Source of the DNA: an uncultured Chthonomonadaceae bacterium
GTDB taxonomy: Bacteria; Armatimonadota; Chthonomonadetes; Chthonomonadales; Chthonomonadaceae
Direction of reading: 5' to 3'
DNA: 64,000 bases
NCBI GenBank assembly: GCA_963817895.1
Contig: CAWFQB010000002.1
Span: forward strand, 160,001-224,000
A program made the position numbers and the translations under genes. This document shows positions 55,641 through 64,000 of this stretch, one piece after another. The notes beneath the pieces are model-generated. The model was not told the DNA's origin, searched no databases, and saw only the letters and a program-made list of their open reading frames with translations. Position 1 is the first letter of the stretch. Every line of letters starts with the position of its first letter.

Positions 55641-57427
55641 TCAGTCATCCCCTTTCAGTTTGTCTTTGTTGGCTTCGCTTTTCAGGACAAACATGCCTTC
55701 CGTGACAACGCGCTCACCGGCTTTGAGGCTTCCGATGATTTCCGCCTGTGTATCGGTGACGCGCCCAACCTGCACCTTGCGTCGCTCGTACTTGCCATTC
55801 TCCTCCACGTACACGAACCTGTCCGCGCCATCTTCTTCCAGGGCGGAGACCGGCACGGTGAGGGCGTTCGTGCGCGTACCAACGCCGAGCGTGACGCGGG
55901 CGAACATCTCCGGGCGAAGCAGCCCGCTGCGGTTTTCGACCAAACACCGCACAGCAAGCGCGCGGGTCTTTTCGTCTACCCGGCCTGCAATGCTCTGCAC
56001 TGTTCCGGGGAAGTGCTGCTTGGGATAGGCCGGAACCGTCACCTCCACAGGCTGCCCCACCCGGATGCGCGCAACGCTCGCTTCGGCAACATTGGCGTTG
56101 ACCGTTACGGTGTTCAGGTTCTCGATGACAAGAAGGGCCGTCGTGCGCTCCACAGCCTCGCCGGTTGTTGCGGCGCGCTCCGTAACAACCCCGCTGATAG
56201 GAGCCGAAACGGTGATCAGACCGCCATTTCCCTCCGTATGCCCACTTCCTTCCAGGGCGTAAAGATTGGTGCGGGCGGTTCGCAACGTATCTTCCGCGCC
56301 TCGCAAAGTGGTTCGGGCCGCCTGCTCGCCTTTTTGTGCGCGGCGAACGTCCTGCTGTGCCCGCAGCACTCCCTGTCGGGCTTTCTGCACCTCGCCCTGC
56401 GCGGCGCGCACGTCGGCTTCTGCGGTCTGCACTTCGCGCGCGTTCAGCAAACCGCCCTGAAAAACGGTCTGTTCGCGTTGCAGCGCTTGTTTGGCAATGG
56501 CGACACGCTCCTGAATCCGGTTCACCGTGATCTGGTTCTGTTTTTGTTCCAGTTGTGCCGCTTCGTAATCGTTGCGCGACACCAATTCTTCTTTGAACAG
56601 CCGCTCGGTGCGCTGCAACTGCGCCGCGCGGGTTTGCAGTTGCGCTTGCGCCTGTTGTAGTTCGGATTGGGCAGCGGTCACCTCGGTCTGAGCGGCTTGT
56701 AGCGGGACTTGTGAGAAGGCTCCCGCCTGAGCCAGTTTACGCTGGCGCTGCAACACGGTTTCCGCGCTGGCTTGCCGGGTGCGCGCCTGCTCCACTTCGC
56801 CCTGCGCCTGCTGGACGCTTGCTTGGTACTGTGATACCTCCGCCTGCGCGGTTTGTATCCCGGAGCGCGCCTGCTGTATGCCGGATTCGGCCTGGCGCAC
56901 GGCAGCATGGGCCTGTGCCACCTCATAACTATCCAGAACGACGAGCGGCTGTCCGGCGCGCACCGTATCGCCAAGATTGACCAGCAGGCGCATCACCTTG
57001 CCGGGCGTGGGCGGCGTAATCTTCGCGCCCCGATTGGGACTGAGTTCGACGGTGCCGGGAACGGTCAGCCCTTCGCCGATGGACGCAAGACGCGCTGCCA
57101 CCACGCGAATGCCAGCAGTTTTGGCGGCTTCCTCGCTCAAGGAAATGGAGCCGGAAGCGTCGCTTTCTGCTTTGGCTTCTTTGGGTGCGTCCTGAGCCGG
57201 GCTTGTGGCGGCGGGGGCGATGGATGAAGGCGCGGCATTACAAACGACGTAGCCACAACGCCGAGCAGAATGCCGCCAATGATAAGCGGCAAGCCCGATT
57301 TGCGCGGTGAGGCGGCCTGGCGCCTGCCAGAGATCGGAACACTTGCCGCAGTCCCATGCGTGGTTCTAGGTACAGGTGGCGGTATATGTTCGGTTGTGTT
57401 GTGTGTGGTTTCGGGCAAAGGATTCAT
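55641..57427 (-). CDS. czcB: heavy-metal RND periplasmic adaptor (frameshift ~57150)
   Basis: GDTVRAGQ, SAPISGVV, LRPEMFA. Confidence 0.85.
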
Positions 57428-57429
57428 GT

Positions 57430-58699
57430 TTACCTCCGGGGCGCGGGCAGCAACGAAGCAGGAACCGCACCCGCCGCGCGCTCCAACTCGGCGCGCGCCT
57501 GGGCCTGGTTTGCCAGAGCGTTGATGTAGTCGGTTTGCACGGCGCGATATGTGCGCTGCGCTTCCAAAATGGTGAGGACGCTGGTTCCCGCCGCGCCTTC
57601 CTGAAACGCCCTGCGGCTGCCTTCCAGCAGGCGGCGTGACTGGTCGAGGATGCCCTGTTGGTAGTTCAGCGCCACGGTTTGAGCTGCGCGCAGGCGGGCA
57701 ATGGCCTGAGTCACTTCCTGCTGCACCTGGTTCTGGGTTGCGGTAATGCGGTCCGTCTGCGCGCGGGCAGATTCTTCGGCCTGGCGGATGCGGTTGCGGC
57801 GATTGCCGTAGTCAAAGATGGGCAGCGAAATGCCTAGTCCCACGCCGAAGCCGTTGCCCGTGTCGCCGCTCGGCGTCCCTCGTACCAGGCTGCCGAAGCG
57901 GATTTGGGGCGCGAGGTCAGGGCGGCCCTCGGCACGGGCAAGGCGCGCTTCCTGCAAGAAGGTGTCGCGGCTGGCAGTCACACTGGCAATCTCGGCCCGG
58001 TTTTGCAAGGACTGCTGCACAAGAGCCGCATCAGTGAGCGTTTCCGTAGCCGAAGGCAGTGGGGTGAGCGGGCCAATGGGAGTGTCTGCGGGTCTTCCCA
58101 AGAAGGTGTTCAGAGCAGAAATTGCAGCCGTCACCTGGGCATCTGCAAGGGTCACCTGCTGCTGCGCGCGCCCCACTTCAATGCCGGTCTGTGCCAGATC
58201 AATGCCGGGCCGCCTGCCCGCCTTCCACTAGGAGGCGCGTCACGCGGTCGAACTCCTGCGCGTTTTTCAGCACCTCCTGCGCCAGGGTTTGCAGTTCCCG
58301 CGCCTGTTCCAGTTGGTAGTAGGCGGACTTGGTAGCCGACACGAGACCCCGCAGTTCAACAACCGCCTCGGCCTGGGTGACGCGCAACTGCGCCCCGGCA
58401 ACGCCTGTGCGCGCGGAGCGAGTTCCATTGAGTTCCAATGGCTGGGACAACAACAGTTCGTCGCCGGAACCGGAAATACTTGTCAGTCCTGGCGCGAAGA
58501 TGAAGTTGGGGTTGGTAAGCGCGCGTGCCGAACGGACGCCAGACTGTCCCGCCACGACATCTCGCGTGGCAGCCGACAGGCGTGGGTTGTTCTTGACCGC
58601 CAGCGTCACCGCATCGTCTGCGGTGAGGGGCGGGGATATGGTCTGTGCCGTGATAACACCCGGCACAAGCAAAAGCAAACAGGGAAGAATGAAACGCAC
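57430..58699 (-). CDS. czcC: TolC-family outer membrane factor (frameshift ~58200)
   Basis: NNPRL, LSQPLEL, SLPIFD, LEAQRT. Confidence 0.85.
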
Positions 58700-58800
58700 G
58701 AAATCCTCCTGACAGACCCGATGGGCCGGATGTCAGGCAGGCGTAAAGAAGGAATGGCACAATGCGCTGACGAACCCGGCTCGAAAATAAATTGGGTAGG

Positions 58801-59244
58801 TCAGGCGATAGGAGGAGCGCGTAGGGAAAGATTGCGGAAATTCAGAGGAGCGCGAGGCGGGCCGCGTGTCTCAATGTGAAGGAGAACAGTCTCGGATGCA
58901 GGCGGGGCCGCATACGTGATGGTGGGCAGAACAGGGAGAATGGCAATCGCAAGCGAGGGAACGATATGGGAAGGCACTGCGGCATCATGTGAGGTCGCCG
59001 CTTTGACGTTCAACGTACATTTACAGCCAGCGCCACACCCATCTGCTTTGCGGGCGTTGGTGGTATTCGTGGAGCGTACACGGCATTTTAAATCTTGCTG
59101 ACGGATAGGAGCCTGACAGCAACAAACAGCGGCAGTGCTGCATACGCGCCCGTCGCAAATCCAAGCCATTGCCTCCCCACTTGATAACAGCGAGGTTAGC
59201 AAAATCAGGCAGGCCAGTATTCGGGTGAAGATGTTTCGTACCAT
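58801..59244 (-). CDS. Cys-rich leader protein ending RGPP...RAPP
   Basis: Signal-like N terminus, WICDGRVC/CCC/CGAGCKC, ETRGPPRAP...LRAPPIA*; first gene of czcCBA operon. Confidence 0.72.
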   Translation of the reverse strand: MVRNIFTRILACLILLTSLLSSGEAMAWICDGRVCSTAAVCCCQAPIRQQDLKCRVRSTNTTNARKADGCGAGCKCTLNVKAATSHDAAVPSHIVPSLAIAILPVLPTITYAAPPASETVLLHIETRGPPRAPLNFRNLSLRAPPIA

Positions 59245-59251
59245 CCTGAGC

Positions 59252-59260
59252 ATTATACCA
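59252..59260 (-). promoter_or_regulatory. extended -10 TGGTATAAT, probable leaderless start at 59244
   Basis: ATG 7 nt downstream of TATAAT. Confidence 0.6.
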
Positions 59261-59315
59261 CAATATTATGACACATCAAAGAATATCGGTTTCATTTAGC
59301 AAGACTGATGAGGAG

Positions 59316-60563
59316 TTATGGGATTGGTAGTTGGAAATCTCTAGCCTCAAGCAATAGTTGGGCAATAGTATCCATTTCCTTCTCAGCAGCGACATGCCAG
59401 GGCGTCATTTGCCAGGGATCAAGCAACATTGCGGCAGACATGTCTTGTTGCAGTATCGCCTTTAGTCTTTCCACATCACCATCCAGTACGGCTCGAAACA
59501 CCGGTATGGCACGCCGCGACGCAGTTGTAAGCGAACGCACTATTGGAGATGATATGGCTTCCTGGTAGGTGATGGCGTCCCCATGAGCCAAATCCTTGAG
59601 GGCCAACTCCAATGGTGTACTTCCATTGGAATCTCGTGCTGAGATGTCAGCGCCCGCTGTGAGCAAAATGTCAATGATTTGCTCCCGCCGCTTGATGCGT
59701 TCATCCTCATCCGACTTGTCGCCACCAATTGGTGGCACCCCCAAATCAACGCCATACCATTTTCCATTATCCCAGCCAATGTTTGAGGCAGCCAAGTGCA
59801 ACGGTGCGCGCGATAGACTATCCTGAGCATTAACCCACGCACCTGCATCAATCAATGCCTGAACAGTTGACGGACTATAACTAAGTGCCGCATTATGCAA
59901 CGGAGTTTCTTCAAAGAAGCATCTAGCCGCGAGATTGGCTCCATATCCAATCAAACATTCTACAATCTCCGAATGGCCTGTTGTTGCTGCCAGGCTAAGA
60001 GCAGTCTTGTAACCCTGCTTGGTTTGCTCAGTGCGCGCACCCATCTCAAGGAGGACGCGCACCACTTCTACTCGTTTGTTAAAAATCGCGACCAGAAGCG
60101 GTGTCGGATAAACACTATCATTGGCTACGGAATTGACCAACTCAGGTTGTTGTTGAAGCAGTTGTCTAAGGATTTCGACTTTACCCAACCCTGCGGCTTG
60201 ATATACGGCCTCGATCTCTCTTTGTTGACGTGCCGCAGTCTCTCTTATAGTCCGCATCTGTGTGGATGCCGCTTCTTCTGCGCCTGCTAGGACGCCCGTT
60301 ATTTCTGTGTTGCCATGATACACTCTAGCCCAATACCAGGGGGCATATCCACGTCTATCGCAGGCGTACACATCTGCTCCTCTCGATAATAGTAATCTTG
60401 CTATATCCGCGTGTCCGCCTGCCGCTGCCCAATGGAGTGCTGTCCAACCGTCGTTTCCGGGCCGATTGAGGCATTCAGCATCTTCAATCAGCAGGCGCTC
60501 CACTTCCGCCACGTCGCCCTGCTCGGCTGCACGATAGATAGTCTTCTCGTCAAATATACCCAT
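59316..60563 (-). CDS. ankyrin-repeat protein
   Basis: GWTALHWAA, TPLHNAA, APLHLAA, LL..GAD repeats; GGAGG RBS. Confidence 0.92.
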   Translation of the reverse strand: MGIFDEKTIYRAAEQGDVAEVERLLIEDAECLNRPGNDGWTALHWAAAGGHADIARLLLSRGADVYACDRRGYAPWYWARVYHGNTEITGVLAGAEEAASTQMRTIRETAARQQREIEAVYQAAGLGKVEILRQLLQQQPELVNSVANDSVYPTPLLVAIFNKRVEVVRVLLEMGARTEQTKQGYKTALSLAATTGHSEIVECLIGYGANLAARCFFEETPLHNAALSYSPSTVQALIDAGAWVNAQDSLSRAPLHLAASNIGWDNGKWYGVDLGVPPIGGDKSDEDERIKRREQIIDILLTAGADISARDSNGSTPLELALKDLAHGDAITYQEAISSPIVRSLTTASRRAIPVFRAVLDGDVERLKAILQQDMSAAMLLDPWQMTPWHVAAEKEMDTIAQLLLEARDFQLPIP

Positions 60564-60694
60564 GCCTCTCCTCCAATACCGGTCGTCGTGAAGCAAACAT
60601 TTTCACTTAAAAATATACCATGTTTTCACTTGTAAACCTATTGAGGACTACAAACTTGCGATAATGGTACACTCCCTTTGAATGGATTGTGCTA

Positions 60695-60979
60695 ATGCCG
60701 CGTGGTGCTCCCAGATTACGTGCAGGTGATGGAAAAAAGAACCAAGTGGGTTTGCGTGTGCGGCAACGCCGGGTGGAACTGCAACTCACTCAAGACGCCG
60801 TAAGCGCACATTTGGCGACGGCAACCGATGGAGAGTGGAGCCCCACTTTGCAAGAGATACTACACATCGAAAATGGCAGCCGTATCGTATCCGATGTTGA
60901 AGTGGTTGCTCTGGCACGCGCATTAGAGTGTGATGCGTGCTGGCTCCTGGTAGGGAATAGAGATGAGACAAACGCTTGA
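60695..60979 (+). CDS. XRE-family HTH regulator
   Basis: VGLRVRQRR..LQLTQ, IENGSR, LARAL. Confidence 0.85.
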   Translation: MPRGAPRLRAGDGKKNQVGLRVRQRRVELQLTQDAVSAHLATATDGEWSPTLQEILHIENGSRIVSDVEVVALARALECDACWLLVGNRDETNA

Positions 60980-61021
60980 TTGCCCGTATGAAATGTTTTT
61001 CATACGGGCAATCAAGCGTTT
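60970..61021. terminator. hairpin with 24-bp perfect arms overlapping the XRE stop
   Basis: AAACGCTTGATTGCCCGTATGAAA-TGTT-TTTCATACGGGCAATCAAGCGTTT. Confidence 0.65.
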
Positions 61022-61233
61022 AATGAAGTATTAACCACCTTAAACTTGCCGCTCCTGCTCGAAGCAAATTATTTTCTCTATTTAATCGATTGCAAAATCC
61101 ATTATGGAAAGCGACATTCCACATTGTTGATCCACTTTCACAGGTGTACTTACTGGTTTCCACAGCATCCTTACGGGATTTTGCAACGAGCAGGTAATCC
61201 TACGATGAGGCCGAGGTTGGCACGAGCCGAAGA

Positions 61234-63261
61234 TTGATTTACCTCATATTTTTGAGGCCAATTACAATCTCATCTCTAGGAAATATGTCGATGAACATGT
61301 CCGCCGAATTTGATCAGAACATCTTTACCTGCCACACCATGCCGCTCGCGGGCTATCTTGAATCAGAAGGCTACGCGGAGATCGCTCCTAAAAAGAAGGT
61401 AAACGCTGCTGACTATGAGCGTTTGGTGCCGACGACAACCACCATCGCACGCGCAATGTTTTCAGCGCTTCCTCAGCGGGATAGGTGGGGGCGGCAGGTA
61501 CAGGGAAGGACAGGAGGGCAGTGGGTGACAGAGGTTAGAGGCCAATGGTATCCGGCGCGCAATGGCTCAAAGCGTCCCGGCAAATCCCTGACGGCTCACG
61601 ACCTTCTGCGCTCCCTTGCCCGCCCCAACGTGTTTGCGTTCGGGCGCACCGATGCCCATGTTGAGGAAGTTGAGTTTCCTCGGTTCCGGGCTGAGGAGTT
61701 TCACACTACCTCTGTGGACTGTCTTTGTCTCGATGTGGATATGGATTTTGCCTGGGAGCGGCAGGATGCTGGAATGATACATCACGAGATCGCCCGTGAG
61801 CATGAGATCGCTCGCGCGCTTGGTCTGTTCTATCGCGTTTTCAGGACAGGGAGCAGAGGGCATCAGGTGGTAATACCGCTCCCTGCCGCTATTGATCGTA
61901 GTGTTGCGACATGGCTGTTGTATGGGTTCGTGAGTCTTCTCGAACAGTATCATCTGCGGGACACGGCAGAGAATAGTAACCATCTGCTTGCCAAAGCCGA
62001 TGTCTCTAATCTGGAAAAGATCATTCGAATCGCCGGAGGAAGACACATCAGGACGGGCAGGCTTGCCCTATGGATTGATCCCGGCACGGGACACCTGCAT
62101 GACCTGGCGCAACAAAGCGAGTTGATGCGCCGAGGGTATCAGCATCCGGGAAATGGGGCATTCGCGCGCGAGGATTATATTGAGGCCGCCGAGGAAATTG
62201 CGGCTTATCTTGAGTCTCAGATGGTGTTTCGTCACGAATGTCCTAAGATGCCTTTTCGCACAAACATGTTCCATGTGGTAGTGAAAGCGTTACCGACCAA
62301 TCTACTCGTTGAACGCTTCTTGGCTGCACAGGACGAATGGGGGCTATCTGCGACCTCAGCGCGTTTGTCAAAGGTGAGTACGCCCAAAGTTGACACCACC
62401 CATGTGGAAAACCAAACGGACGCCAGTGAATGGCAGTCGGCACCGGAGGGCATACAACAATGGGCAACCCGTGTTTGGGCCATGCAGTGGGGTGAAGGAA
62501 CATTTTGGTCTTGGGTAAATGAGGGAGGAGAGCGGGCCATCACTGCCGCCAAAGTTTTATTCGGCGATCAGGCGCTCAGAAAACTGATCGAGCGCACGTA
62601 TGCTGCGCCGCATGTTACGCCGGAGGAACCGAACGAATGGCGCAGGGTTATCAATGCGCTTTACCATCGGCATGAAATGTTGGGATATAAAGCGCGGCTG
62701 AATCCCAACACCGTGTTTGGACATCTTTCGGATGAGGATGTAGCGTTGATTCCGATGATAACGGACGCGCTAAATACGCATAAAAAAATCCAAACGCGCA
62801 ACCGGGAGGACATCGAACACATCATCTACATCTTGCTGCTGGCGTTCAAGCAGTCTGTCGAAGGCTATATTGATCTTTCACAGGAGGCTATCCGAGATTC
62901 CATCCGTACCCGATGGCCTGATGCTGACGTGGATGTTTCCACAATTTGGCGACACCTGCGCCGTCTCAAAGAGGGCGACTCCGCTTGCGGCTTTTCCCTT
63001 TTACAATCAATCCGTGTGGATCGTTCAGGGCAAAACTATGCGGCACGGTACCGGCCTGGCGCAGACCTGCGCAAAACACCGTTCGGCGCGACACTGCCTG
63101 TTGACGCTTGCGAGGATGCTCCAGAGCGTACGTCTGGCCCATTAGAGATGGAGGTTATATCTCGTGTCACAGGCAAAATCGAAACCGTTGATCTCTCTCC
63201 TAAACAAAGAGGACGCAAACCAACGCAACAATATCAAGAGGAACACACAGTAATAAGATAA
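61234..63261 (+). CDS. putative replication protein: AEP primase-like domain plus C-terminal HTH
   Basis: LCLDVD (DxD), TGSRGHQV, IRIAGGRH; LSQEAI...VSTIWRHLRRL; start more likely 61285-61297. Confidence 0.65.
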   Translation: MIYLIFLRPITISSLGNMSMNMSAEFDQNIFTCHTMPLAGYLESEGYAEIAPKKKVNAADYERLVPTTTTIARAMFSALPQRDRWGRQVQGRTGGQWVTEVRGQWYPARNGSKRPGKSLTAHDLLRSLARPNVFAFGRTDAHVEEVEFPRFRAEEFHTTSVDCLCLDVDMDFAWERQDAGMIHHEIAREHEIARALGLFYRVFRTGSRGHQVVIPLPAAIDRSVATWLLYGFVSLLEQYHLRDTAENSNHLLAKADVSNLEKIIRIAGGRHIRTGRLALWIDPGTGHLHDLAQQSELMRRGYQHPGNGAFAREDYIEAAEEIAAYLESQMVFRHECPKMPFRTNMFHVVVKALPTNLLVERFLAAQDEWGLSATSARLSKVSTPKVDTTHVENQTDASEWQSAPEGIQQWATRVWAMQWGEGTFWSWVNEGGERAITAAKVLFGDQALRKLIERTYAAPHVTPEEPNEWRRVINALYHRHEMLGYKARLNPNTVFGHLSDEDVALIPMITDALNTHKKIQTRNREDIEHIIYILLLAFKQSVEGYIDLSQEAIRDSIRTRWPDADVDVSTIWRHLRRLKEGDSACGFSLLQSIRVDRSGQNYAARYRPGADLRKTPFGATLPVDACEDAPERTSGPLEMEVISRVTGKIETVDLSPKQRGRKPTQQYQEEHTVIR

Positions 63262-63265
63262 TTCA
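63239..63265 (+). repeat. 27-bp direct repeat, copy 2, overlapping the rep stop codon
   Basis: Identical to 18842-18868. Confidence 0.95.
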
Positions 63266-63514
63266 GTTTTTAGGGATGAACACATCCAGGCATCGAGCCA
63301 CGAGTTGGAGGCCAGACAATGCCGACACTCCTATGGTTGCTCCTCCCATTTTGATGGAGAGCCATTATTTCGGGGGAAGGCCAGTATACAACGTAATCGC
63401 CGTCGAGTATACCATACGCCAATGTGCCACAACCATTGCAGCCTCTCTCGTGAATGAGAGGGAGTTCGCCCGCTCTCTAACCCTGCGTGTGCGATTGGCA
63501 GATGACAGCCATGT

Positions 63515-64000
63515 TCAGGATTTGCCTGACGCATCAATTGGGAATGTGACAACAACACGCCCACCACCCCGATCTCGATTCTCGTACACGACATCCCCGC
63601 ACAAGTCCCATCGCGCCGTGCTGTCAATGAGTTCCAAGCCTGTATTTGCGGCTTTGCGTGGGTCGAAGCCAGCAGGGAAGCCGTCGCCATCGTCGCATAC
63701 TTCCAGACGCGCGGTGCCTCCCTCAACCTCAAGGGTAATCTCCACTTCTCCCTTTGCGTGTTTGATGGCATTGCTGACGCACTCGCTGACCAGCAGGGAT
63801 AGCGCGGTGGCTTTCTGCACGGAAAGTGGTATGTCCGCGATGTCGGCTTTGATACGCCTGTCACCGCTTGTTGCCTGCAACATGGGGATCAGGTGTTGCA
63901 GAACGTCTTCGGCGCTGACAATGGAGGTGCTGGCATCCCGCTTTGCCTGCTGCGTCAGCAAGTCATGGATCGTGGCGAGCGAGCGGATGTGCTGCTTGAT
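63515..64000 (-). CDS. HisKA_2/HWE-type histidine kinase, C-terminal part (runs off window)
   Basis: IHDLL, ECVSNAIKHA, DDGDGFP, TGLEL. Confidence 0.85.
   Translation of the reverse strand: MKQHIRSLATIHDLLTQQAKRDASTSIVSAEDVLQHLIPMLQATSGDRRIKADIADIPLSVQKATALSLLVSECVSNAIKHAKGEVEITLEVEGGTARLEVCDDGDGFPAGFDPRKAANTGLELIDSTARWDLCGDVVYENRDRGGGRVVVTFPIDASGKS

Overview
About 59 kb of this window (roughly 4.5-63.3 kb) looks like an integrated mobile island in a diderm bacterium. An unusually large serine recombinase and a TM0106-like nuclease sit at the left end; an XRE regulator and an AEP-primase/HTH replication protein sit at the right end. Between them is dense metal-handling cargo: two RND efflux systems, two P1B ATPases with copZ/csoR, a periplasmic copper operon (two-domain multicopper oxidase, porin, YHS and YtkA-like proteins), four CDF-type transporters, and BlaI/M56, MerR, RcnR-like, LysR and two-component regulators. 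Many cargo genes carry single-base frameshifts, most likely long-read errors. Four signals stand out that the ORF track misses: (1) an ArsM-like methyltransferase with an in-frame UGA at the conserved Cys followed by a SECIS-like hairpin (probable selenoprotein); (2) three Cys-rich leader ORFs ending in RAPP, each heading a metal operon (probable metal-sensing ribosome-arrest peptides); (3) a TTCTAY-N5-RTAGAA operator upstream of the copper operons and of the BlaI/M56 pair, suggesting a BlaI/BlaR-type copper regulon; (4) a 27-bp identical direct repeat 44.4 kb apart, one copy overlapping the rep stop codon (possible origin or recombination site). All family calls come from reading motifs, not from database searches.
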